Source: Antechinus flavipes (lineage: Eukaryota). From it: DNA of 64,000 nt. The notes under the pieces were generated by a model. The model did not search any database and had not been told where the DNA came from. It saw nothing but the letters and a program-made list of their open reading frames with translations. Each line of letters starts with the position of its first letter. Position 1 is the stretch's first letter. A program made the position numbers and the translations under genes. This document shows positions 1 to 11,400 of this stretch, piece after piece. The stretch is taken from positions 244,404,001 to 244,468,000 of the forward strand of contig NC_067399.1 of the NCBI RefSeq assembly GCF_016432865.1, in the 5' to 3' direction.

Positions 1-1259
1 AATAGAAAATGCATTTATTAAGTACCTACTCAATGTCAGGCATTGTGATAAATTTAGCTTTACAAATTTTACCTCATTTGATAATGAAAGAGAAGGGAAA
101 TAAAGAAATAGGTACTTAAGAAAATACTGTATTAAAAAAAGAAAAAAAATCTTAGTATTATTATGTTCACTGAAGAAAGGTCATTCAACAATTTACTGCT
201 TACTCTGTACAATAATAAAAATAACAGCTTGCATTCACACAGGCCTTTCTGAAGCTCCTTTCTCATTGAGGAACTATTGAACATTGCCATTTCCATTACA
301 CAGAAAGAAAGTAGAAATCAGCAGAAAAGGATTCCTGTTCACAGTCACACAGTCTAGGAAGTATCAGAGCTGGGGTTTGAGGCCTGTTTTGTGACTTCAA
401 AGCCATTGATTCCTTCACCATGCCAGGCTATCCCTGAAGAAATTTTGATAGATGTTGCTGATACAAAAATGAAATAGGATAGCCTCTTCTAAAAAAAATT
501 AATAAGAGTTGAGAGTCCAGGTTACCAAGCTCTCATCTCATTACTGTTCTACCAATGTCTTTTCATCCTTTCTAGTCTCAATCTATAGTAAAAATAGGCA
601 TAACCAAATGCACTGTATAAAAAGCTTTTCAAGTGCTTTGAGATCCACACACAATTGATATTAATATACAGGATGAATGTCTGAGTGAAATTTCTACCAG
701 TTACATGACCAAAGCTGGTTCCCATCAGGGCCTCTTCCTTATGTTTCTAGCTGATGTCAGTTTTCAGCAGACGCTCAAGATATTTTGAATTTCTCCCTCT
801 TATTCTCTCAGGAAAAAATTCCTTTTAATTCAAACAGTCTTTCAGGATGAAAAAGCTTTATTCTGGAAGCAAGGGGAAAGTTAAAATAAAACTAAATGAT
901 ATCCAGAACCACAAGGAAACAAAGACCTAAAAACCTTTAATAAGCCCTCTCTCTAGGATTTGCCTTGGACACTTAAATGATGACTTTATATTTAATCCTT
1001 ATCTTTCTTTCCTACCTTTTGCTGAAGCCTCCAGCAGGTACAGGTATGTACAGGGCAATTAAATATAATAACTATTTTTCTCATGTGTTTGAATCAATTT
1101 AAATTTCTATGACCATAACTTTCTATTTCTGATTTTACTTAAATGATATTTTGGGAAAAGGAAGGGGTGGAATACAGGAAGTCCTGAAAGTGAATGACCA
1201 TCTATCAGTTCAAATACTTAACTGTTGTAAGGGCAATTTTTGCTCTCTCTTTTTGACCA

Positions 1260-1620
1260 AATTAGCTTATCTTGGGCATAAATCTGATTATATCACTTCA
1301 GTGCTCAAGGTCTTATAATGGCTCCCTATTATCTAAATGCTAAGGTTTTCATCCTGCTATTCAAGGCCACCTGTGCTCTGGTGCTGTCCTCATTTTTTAA
1401 ATCTTATTTCATGCTATTTTCCCCCAATTCTATATGTTCTACAAAAACTAGAATTCTCCTTGTCTATTGTACACACTCTATAGTTTCCTCCTCTGTACCT
1501 ATATTCATATTTTCTCTAACATTTCAAATGCTTTCCATGTGTTGAATTCCTATCTCTCCTTTAAGGTCCAACTCAGATAAAATCTCTTCCATGAAACCTT
1601 CTCTGGTCTCTCTCCTTTCA
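1260..1620 (+). mobile_element. L2 LINE fragment
   Basis: aaatctgattatatcacttcagtgctcaa...atggctccctatt...attcaaggcc...tcttccatgaaaccttctct. Confidence 0.65.
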
Positions 1621-1641
1621 TATCCTCCATAATTCCCAGGA

Positions 1642-3250
1642 TCAGTCAATCAGTAAACATTTATAAAGCACTTACTATATGCCAGATACTATGGTAAGTT
1701 CTAGGAATATAGAAAAAAAGCCCCTGGTCTCAAGGAACTCACAATCTAATAGGAAGACAACATCCAGATAACTACTTACAAACATGCTAAATTCCAGATA
1801 AAATGGAAATGACCAATAGAGGGAAAAGACTAGAATTAAGGACCAGGAAAGCTTTCTTGTAGATGAGATTTTAGCTAAGACTTGAAGGAAACCAGGAAAT
1901 TAAAATAAAGAAATAAAGAGGAAGAGCATCCCAGACACGTGGGACAGCCTGTGAAAATGCCTGGAGTTGGGATATGGAATTTCTCGTTGAAGAACAACAA
2001 AGAGGTCAGGGAAGGAGAGAAGGGGAAAGTTGGGAGTGGGGGTAGGAGTTTAGTGTAAAAAGACTAGAAAGATGAGTGTGAGGGTAGGTTATGAAGGGAT
2101 CTGAATGTCAATCAGAGGATTTTATATTTGATCCTGTAGAATCCCCTGGAGGGAACCACTGGAGTTTATTGGAGGGGAAGGGCAACATAGATCTTCACTT
2201 CAGGAAGATCATTCCAATAGTTAAACAAAGGATGAATTGGAGTGAGGAGAGACTGGCAAGGTAAGCAACCAGCAGACCATTGAAATAGTACAGGAGTGAG
2301 GTAATGAGGAATTATAACAGGATGGTAACAGTGTCAGAAGGCAGAAGGAGACATATGCAAAAGAGGTTATAAAGGTAAATTCAAAAGGCTGTGGCAACAG
2401 ATTGGACATGGGGAGGAGAGAGGACAGAGACAGTGAGGAGTTAAGATTATACCTACATTGCAAGCCTGAGTGGAAGGATGCTGGTACCCTCAACATCAAT
2501 AGGGAAGTCATAGGGAGAGTCTGGGGAAAAGGTGAATAATGAGTTTAGTTTTGGGACATGCTGTTCAAGGCATTTAGAGATAAGATTTCTAATCTAGAGC
2601 CTAGGAAAGAAGTTACTGTTAGATAAGTAAATAAGAGAATCACCAGTTTAGAGATAGGGATTAAACTGATAGAAGCTGATGAGGTTATCTCATCAAGTGA
2701 AATAGTAATGATGAAGAAAGAAAAAAAGGGTCCAGGATAGAACCCTGGAAAATACCCATAGTGAGTGGTTAATCAGAATGAATGATCTGAAGAATGAATG
2801 AACATCTAGCAAAAGGAGACTGAGAAGAAGAAATCAGATAGGGTAGGGAAGAACTAGGACAGCCTGGAGAAGAGAGTATCAGAGAGAAAAGGGTGATGGA
2901 GAGATCAAGAAGGATGAGGACTAAGAAAAGGTTAGACCATTGGTAACTTTGGAGAAAAACTGTTTTGTTGAAAAATAAGGTTACAAGCCAGAATGCAGAG
3001 GTGAAAAGAAAGTAAGGGAATACAACATAGAGGGACCCATTGTAGGCAGCCTTCTCGGGAATTTAGCTACAAAAGTAAAGAGAGATATGGGATGATAGCT
3101 AATGGGGAGAAATTGATCAAGTGAAAGTTTTTGAAGATGGGTGAGACATAAGCAGTCTATGAGCAGTAAGTAGGGAAGAGCCAGTAGATTGGGAGAGACT
3201 GAAAAGAAATGAGTAGGGATAATAGGGCAATCTATTGGAGAAGATAGAGC
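1642..3250 (-). mobile_element. L2 LINE 3' portion
   Basis: Begins with the L2 tail tcagtcaatcagtaaacatttataaagcacttactatatgccag, then cctggtctcaaggaactcacaatctaat...gagtttagttttgggacatg. Confidence 0.8.
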
Positions 3251-3269
3251 ATAGATTTAAGGGAAAAAG

Positions 3270-3420
3270 GTTCTTAGACCATCAAATCCACCCTCCTTAT
3301 TTTACAGATGAAAAAACTGAGCCCCAGAAAAGTTGAGAGACTTGTTAATTATCACACAGTAAATATCTTGTGATGAGATTTGAACTTAAGGCTTCTTGAC
3401 TCCCCCACCAGTGCTGTATA
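3270..3420 (-). mobile_element. MIR/CORE SINE
   Basis: ttattttacagatgaaaaaactgagccccagaaaagttgagagacttg...atttgaacttaaggcttcttgactcc. Confidence 0.72.
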
Positions 3421-3463
3421 GTCTAATGTGATTACTTCTCTCTCCTGTGGGGTGTCAGATAGT

Positions 3464-3466
<3 letters not shown>

Positions 3467-3509
<43 letters not shown>
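3467..3509. repeat. (GT)n microsatellite, about 21 units
   Basis: Read directly from the sequence. Confidence 0.98.
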
Positions 3510-3511
<2 letters not shown>

Positions 3512-4189
3512 ATATTTTCCACTAGACTAAAAGCATTGTGAAATAAAGGACCACATGTTCTGAAACTCTGCATCATTCCCCATTTCCCCCCACCCTAGCC
3601 CCTAGTACCTTACACAACATTCTGTACAAGTAGATATGTAATAAGTACTTGTCATACTAAAGTGGTAATTGAATAAAATTCTGAAAAAATATCAATGGAC
3701 ACACTATGATGTTCTATGGGGACAGTATTTTCTTGCCAGAACACAGGAGTTACACTTGGGTGATGACTTTGCTGGAAACTTTTACAGGAAAATGGGAAAA
3801 TGTGAGATCCCTGGACAAGCCCTTTTGGACCATAGAACAATGACAACTTGGGGAGCAGAGCTATGCCTTTTAAACAATGCATGCCTTGCCAAAATGGTGT
3901 TAAACATTCTTTTATTACAAACCGTGAAAGTGAGGGCCAAATTTGTTGACTCATCTGTGAATCAATGAGAGTTTGGGGACTAGGAGTTTTTAAGCTTTTT
4001 TTTCCTTCTTTCAATTTTCTCTGGCCATCAAATGAAGGGAAGTGTATGCAGTTTTTTTTTAATGTGTTTGAGAGGGCCAGGGCAGTTAAAAGATTGGCAC
4101 TGAGCAGAGAGTTTAGGAGAAAGAGGCAAAATCTTTTATGCCAAGATTAAGTCCCCAAAGAGATGGAAGTCCTCACATCCCACTAACAC

Positions 4190-4693
4190 ACTGACAGGTT
4201 TGAGGTCTGCTGGTTACCCTCAACCTGGTATAGCCCATCTGTAGAGATGGTTTGTTTTAATATGGCCACTGTACATGCTACAACTTCTTGGAGTCACAAG
4301 AAAGTTGAGTGGCAGGTAGATGAACAACCCTGAAGAGGGCTCAGAAAGACCTTATACCAGAGCTGGTCCTTTATAAACACATCACATGCTCCTCTCACTC
4401 AGCAGAATGGGTGGATGAGAACAGTTTGTTCCAAAGGCCATGAAGGCGACTGAAGCAGAGGCTTTGAAATTCTTAGAGCTTGCTCTAACATCAAAGATGC
4501 TAAGGTCATCTGCTGCATTGTGGACCACTGCCAGTGGTCCTGACTTATATCTTGCCACTGGACTTTAAGAACTCTGAAAGAGAGAGTGAAGCTGACAACT
4601 TTGTGCCATTCTGTCTTACTTAAAGCCAATTCATGCACAAGTCAAGATATCACTCCATTGGTCTTTTTCAAAAATGAAAGATAAACAATAGCA
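4190..4693 (+). mobile_element. RTE-clade LINE 3' end, or an RTE-tailed SINE
   Basis: cttgccactggactt...gagagagtgaagctgacaactttgtgc...aattcatgcacaagtcaagatatcac...gataaacaatagcaa. Related copies lie at about 33050, 36170 and 55720. Confidence 0.7.
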
Positions 4694-5369
4694 AGTCTCG
4701 AACCTTTAGCACTATCAACTAAACAGAAAGCATCAGAGCTGTTTAAAGCAATGTTAGCAGTCTACTTCATATTGTGTACCACAAAACACATTTTTCAAAG
4801 ATTACCATGCTAAATACTGTCAACATAACCTTTGATCTCCTTCACTTTCTCCACCATGCCCATCCTCATGACTGTTTTCGTTAGAATTTATATGTACATA
4901 GAACATCTCTAATGCTACATCAGAAACTAACTGGAGGAAGTTAACCTAGACTTTGTCCTAGGACACTATCATAAAGGAGACCCTTTCTGAAGCAATTTAT
5001 TAATGATCACACTTCCTTCATTTGATCCTGGGCCACCATCCAGCCACTTTATCCAATTTTACCCCTTTTTTTTGTTCCCACTCTGTTCTACAAGGAAGCA
5101 AGCTACCCCAACATCTGACCCAATTAGACCTGACCTGGACAGAAAAGAGTAAGGGATTATTGGCTCTGCCATGGCAAAATAGATCAAGCTTATTGGGGGA
5201 ATAAATTGTCTTTTCTTAGCACCCTGCTGAACCTAGGGAGGACAAGCCTTTGTACCACACTCCCCATTGTAAATCACCCCTACGCCTAACCAAATGTGCT
5301 CCTAATACAAGAATTCCTAGTTCTGCCTATGTCTAATAGCATCCAAGCAAGTGTCAGGAAAGCCTGAGT

Positions 5370-5560
5370 ACAATTCAAGCCTTGTATACTTAATAACTGT
5401 GTAACTCTGGGCTAGTCCTTCTATTTCTGTTTGTCTTAGTTCCCTCATCTATAAAAGGGATAATGATAGCACCTACCTCCTAGGATTGTTGTGACGATCA
5501 AATGAGATAATAATTATAAAACATTTAACACATTGATATGCAAATGTTCCCTATCATCAT
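5370..5560 (+). mobile_element. MIR/CORE SINE (representative of many copies in the window)
   Basis: CORE box ttagttccctcatctataaaagggataatgatagcacctacctcctaggattgttgtg. Confidence 0.75.
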
Positions 5561-7373
5561 CGGTATTATTAACAAGTTAACAGGGATGATGCCTTAATCC
5601 CTAATTAGACTTGAAGCATTGTGAGGACAGGGACTTATCTAGACTTTATTTCTCCAACATACCTAGAATCAGTTCTCTATACACCATAGATATGATTAAA
5701 ATGTTTTTATTAAAGGAATAAATCCAAGTCTCTCAACTGTCTTCTGTCTGATGCTGATGAAGTACTGAAAGATAACTAGATTGAGTTAGAAGACCTGGCT
5801 TCCAATCCTGACTCTGCCCCTTACTATTTGTGTGCCCATGAAAAATCATTTAACCTTGCCTTCCTGACATGTCTCTTCCAGTTCTAAATATATGATCTTC
5901 CTAAATAAATATACAATGAACTTTCATCAAGTGCTGACTAACTATAAACTATAGCCCAAGTATGGGTGTGTGAAAGGGGTGGAATGGAGTTTGATAGCTT
6001 GTGTTTTATTCCTGCATTCAGGAGTGGGCTGATAAATATTGTACAAAGTTCTCTGGAAAACAGCAACAACAAAACAAAACAAAATGTGCCCACAACACAC
6101 TTACAAGTTTAATTTGCATTATTAAAATTTTCTCTGTCACAGTCAACAAAACAATAAACTAAGTCCTGATCTGTAGCATGTGTTCCAAATTGCCAAAGTG
6201 AGAATTTAACAATATGTTTTATCTGGCTCCAGCATACCTCTGCTTGCACAGGTAGTGAATCCCTCACTCTATGGAAGATTCTGTGCTAGGTAAATGGAAA
6301 AGTTTTGAAGGAGTAGAAAATTGTCTCCTGAGTATAAAATCTATTTGAGGAAACCAGACAGTTGAATGAGCCAGGCTGGAACTAAGTGCCAAAAGGAGAA
6401 GTGAGGGCTTTAGGTACACTAATCGCTTAGGGGATGGGAGAGTTTGAGGGAGCAGGAATCTCTGGAGGTGTGACAGAGCTGAGGTGGAGCTGGGCTTTCA
6501 AGGATGAACTGGGTTTAGATAGAGAGAAAAGGGTGGGGAAGGGGCAGATGGGGGTTGGGTAGGTTTCCTGGCAAGAAGATCAGCAAGAGACAAGGTACAA
6601 AAATAGAGATAAGCACAGCCCCAGAGAAGGCTGTGAAAGCTTTGGTTTAGGGGAGTGTCCTCTTTTGGTATCTTCTCTTTCACTCTTGGGAGAGCAGGAG
6701 CAAAAGAGAAAGAGGCAGATCAAGACAGCATCCAGGGACTGAGAGAACACTAGTCAGGCTGAAATAATGCAATAGCAGTGCAGTACAATAGAAAGAGGGT
6801 TAGATTGAAATCTGATGGCCTGGGTTTAAATTCCCAAATGGACTATGAACTATCAGTGATATTTTGGGCCTTGGTTTCTGAATCAGGAAAATGAAGGTGT
6901 GGGTAAAAATAAATTTAAGCTGACCCACTATAACTAAATGTTCAATCTTGGCTCTGGTGAATAGATGAAGAAATATATATATACTTCTCCCATTCACTGA
7001 AGAAATGGAAAGCTGGGTACAGAGTGTCACACACATTGTCACAGTAGTTGCTTAATTTTTTTTCCTTATCTTCTTTAACAATGTTTCTAACAATGAAACA
7101 TTAGGAAGATGTATTTGTGTGTGTATAATTGGAAATTATTTGTAAAAACAAAAAGTATCAACAAATAAAATATATATGTATATATGTGTGCATTTTGTGC
7201 ATATCTGTGAATATTTTAGTTCTAAATCTATGATTTTATAATTAGAAAGTATGAATTACAAAAGAGTAGGAAACAATGTTGGTAGAAGCATATTCTGTAG
7301 GGTCTTGAAGGCTATACCTGTGATTTTAGTCTTAAAACCTGTAAGGGCTTTTGAACAAGAAAATGGCACAATG

Positions 7374-7600
7374 ATTCTAAATCTGATTTTTCTTGTGCAA
7401 CAAGATAACTGTATAAATATGTATACATATATTGCATTTAACATATACTTTAACATATTTAACACGTATGGGACTACCTGCCATCTAGGGGAGGGGGTGG
7501 AGGGAAGGAGGGAAAAAGTTGGAACAGAAGTTTTTGCAAGGGTCAATATTGAAAAATTACCCATGCATATGTTTTGTCAATAAAAAGCTAAAATAAAAAA
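7374..7600 (+). mobile_element. 5'-truncated dasyurid-type L1 3' end with 17-bp TSD
   Basis: atctgatttttcttgtgcaacaagataactg...catgcatatgttttgtcaataaaaagct followed by an A tail. TSD AAGAAAATGGCACAATG (7357-7373) / AAGAAAATGTCACAATG (7601-7617). Confidence 0.88.
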
Positions 7601-7779
7601 AAGAAAATGTCACAATGGAAATTGTTTATAGTTTCAATGGTCACAAAATTATTCTCCATTTATCTTGTTGGGGAGGCCAGGGAGAAACAGACAGAAATCC
7701 ATGGACAACACTTAATTAAATATAATGATCAATTAGCATTATTAAGTTCTTTCTATAAGTTGTTGTAATTGTTCAGTCA

Positions 7780-8470
7780 AGAAGTGGTGAGGTTCTCAAC
7801 ATAGGATGGTAGCTATGTGAGTTAAAAAGAGATATGAGAGATGTTGGGGATGGAAGAGGGTGGTATCCTCAACAGAAATAAGAAAATTAGAAAAAGAGAT
7901 GGATTTAAGGGTAAAAATAATTAGTTCTATTTTGGGACATCCTGAGTTTGAAATGCTTATGAGACATCCAGATGAAAATATTCAATGGGTAGTTGGTGAT
8001 ATAGCTATGGAGTTTGGAAGGGAAAGTAGATTCATGGGTCTGAGAGTCAGAATAATAGAAAAGGTAAATGAATGTATAGGAGCTGAAGAGATCATCAAGA
8101 AGGAGTGAAGAGAAAGAAAAGAAGACCCAGAACAGAGCCTTGGGCTGCCTACAGTCAAAGAGCAAGACATGGATGATGAACCAAAAATGACTCTTTGAAA
8201 GAACGATCAGATTATGGAAGCAGAAAAACACAGTGTTAGAAAAACCCAGATAGGAGATAGTATACAGGAAAGGCTGGACATCCAGGAGTCAAGAGTATGA
8301 GGATTGAAAAAAGACCATTAAATATGGCAGGTAAGACCACTGGTAACTTTGAAGAGAAAGTACTTTTAGCTGAGTAATGTGATTGAAAGCCAGACTGTAA
8401 AGGGCTGAGAAATGAGAAGAAAGAAAATGGAATCAAAGAGCTTAAACAGCTTTTTTTTCTTCTAAGTTTG
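7780..8470 (-). mobile_element. L2 LINE fragment
   Basis: gttctattttgggacatcctgagtttgaaatgc...agaagacccagaacagagccttggg...aagaccactggtaactttgaagaga. Confidence 0.7.
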
Positions 8471-11400
8471 ACCACAAAAAAAAGAAAGAAAAAAGAAAAG
8501 AAAGATAGAATAATTTGAAGAGATGATGGGGTCAAGTGAATGGTTTTTGTTTGGTGGTTTAGTTGTTTATAGCTGTTAAATTTTCCTGTGATTACCTGGA
8601 AAAAATCGCCACTATTTTTGCTGAGATCTGAGGACTGAAGAGATTCCTCTCTGATATCTGCAATTAAAGAGGCAAGGAGTTCCCAGCCCAAATTACAAAA
8701 CATTCTACTGCTAGGACTGCTGTTTTCCAAAAGTCACTTTCCAAGAGACTGACTCTAATGAATCTGAAGTGACCTCTAACTGTCCTTCACTGGGAGACAT
8801 CCAAACACTATCATATTTAACATCAAACTCCACTTTATAAGGTCCTAAAGTACTCAAGGCTATGACAACCAATGAACAAGCATTTATTTTAAAAATATAC
8901 TAAGTTACAGGAACTATGATAGCCACACCAAGGATCCAAGAACAAAAATAAAGCAGTCGCTAGCCTCCAGAACTGAGACAACATATACATAGGTATATTC
9001 AAAATTTTGAGGGAAAAGCATGAGCAATTGATAAAGGCAAAGAATGGAATCAAAAAGGACCTCCTGTAGAATGCAGGACAGAGACTGAGCCTTGAAGGAA
9101 GCTAGAGAATATAAAAGAAAGAGGAAAGAAAGGAATACAATTCATATAGAAGAGAATGAAGTGAGATGGCAGAGATGGGAGAGTGTGGGGGAGATATTTT
9201 GTCTGGATGTAAAATGTATAAAGGGTTTACACAAATTTAAAAATGAAATGGACCAGAGAGGTTATCTAACCCAACTCCCTCATTGTATAGCTGAGGAAAC
9301 TGAGTTTTAGAGGGGAAAGGGACTTGCTTGTAGTTATACAACTAGAAAGTAGCACAGTGGAAATTAGAACTTAGCTCTCCTGTACCAGAGTTCTAAAATG
9401 CTTCTCATATACAATATGCAAGAAAAGCTACACAGGATCACAGATTTACAGATGGAAGAGACTGCAGGGGACAGCCAGTCAATCCTTTTGACACCATCAA
9501 TAAGGAATGAGACCAGAGTGATTTAGTTAGTTGCTCAAATTCCCACAGCAAGTGATAGAATTGGAATTACAAGTAGTACCTCTGGTGGCAAATCCAAGGT
9601 TTCCACTGGCAGTGCTATTAGGGGAGTCTTGGATTCATCTACTTACACATCTAAGAAGCTCAGTTCCCTTATCTATGTAGCTACTGTTGGTTGTTCACAT
9701 AATCCGAAGCGCAGAAATCCATCCATCATCTCCAATTACAGAATGCCATTGCAGCGTATTGTTTGTATGTATGTAAGTGATGAGGGAACAATGGCAAGGC
9801 AATGTCACCAGACCAGGGCAATATAGTTCTGCTGATGACACCTTTGATCTAGTATGAGGCAGAGCTGGTGTCCCTAAGACCAGGTCAACAAGCAAATGGC
9901 TTGCAATCTAAGTTTCCCAGAACCTCTGGGATTTTAAGAGGCTCGATAGCATAGTATTCAATGATAATATTCAATTCATAGTAATTCAATTCAAAAAGCC
10001 TGGGACTTCTGGTTTTCTCCATTCTGAACTAAGGCAAAATCTCCAGGTTCTAATCATTAAACTCTTTCACCTTAATCACGGTGTCCCCACTCTAGAACCA
10101 CTTTCTTCTCTGCCATTTTGTTTCTTGATGGGCTGACTGCAGATGGAAAATAAACATTTTTAAAGCTCTACATGCTGCTGCAGTAACATCGCTTTCAATT
10201 CCCTAAACTAATATGATGCAATCTGGGCAACCCAACCAGACAACAGGACACTTAAGTGCTGGGGCTGAGTCAGTCTGGGAAACTGTGGAATCCATTGAAG
10301 AGCCTGTATTTATAGCAAACTTTTCAAACAATAGTCCTGGAGGGGAAACCCTTGGTGAAAGATCAAAGACAAGTACCAAAGGTGTTCATTGTCCCACTCA
10401 CACAGACAAGATACATATTCAGATCCACTGTCAAATTCCAGCCAGCTTTTCAATTTCTTAGATCTATGCCCCCGGAAAGCCAAGACAACCTCTCCCCACT
10501 CCACCTCTCCACCTCCCCCTTAGTCCAGCTCAGAATCTGAGACTGTCGTGTCTGGGCAGGGCCTTGAATTTCAAATCCAAGGCTCTGCTAATACTATCAC
10601 TTGCATTGCAAGGCCTTGGACAATTTCTTTGGGCCTCATTATCTCATCTGCAAAATAAGAGACTACATGGTCTCTAAGGCTCTTTCTAAAGCTAAAATCT
10701 GTGATCCTTTTACAAGAACTGAATTTAGCCTCCTTATTGGACAAGTGGGAAATCCAAAGCCCAGAAAAAGAAGGGGTTGTGATTTGATGTCCTGCTGGCT
10801 GACTTAGTAGCATGAGCCTGGGCTAGAACTCAGGCTTCCTGAGTCCTAACTCATTGCTTTTTCCATGCCTCCTCCACAACACCACAGGACAAGCTAAATG
10901 AGTGGTTTTGCTGGATCTAGGTTTCCCCAGAGATTTCAGGGAATGCCCTTTTCTGTCCTCCCTTTTTCTTCCCCACCCCCTCACACTCCCCAGGATATCA
11001 AAATAGTGCCCACCTTCCTGGAGACATAAGGAAAAACAGAGTCATGCAGGTCTGAGGTTTTTAAAGCATATCCCCTTTAAAGCAGCAAAAAGCCAGGAAA
11101 ACTAAAATTAAGTCATTTAGAGGAAGGTGGAAAAGCCAGCATGAACAGCAATGTTCCATCCACAAAATAGCCAGGGTTCCTTCCTCCTCCTCTTTCTACT
11201 CCCTCCCCCATTCCAGATGCTCTTCAGGTGTTTTCCTACAAGATCTCCTCCATAAAGCTAACAGACAAATTAGCTGCAGGAGGGCCTTCCTTAGGACAGC
11301 AGTTACAAAGCTAGAAGAGACATTCCACAAATGAGAAAATCGAAACTGGGAGAAATTAATGGACTTGCCCAGAATCGCATAAAGAGGATGTGGGATTTAC

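Noticed and set aside
7251-7583. 110-aa and 102-aa overlapping ORFs
   Set aside because: They run through L2 and L1 3' UTR sequence; no coding signature.
9575-9591. CTCF-like CCACCAGAGG on the minus strand
   Set aside because: The invariant GGC core is replaced by GTA; the match is too weak.
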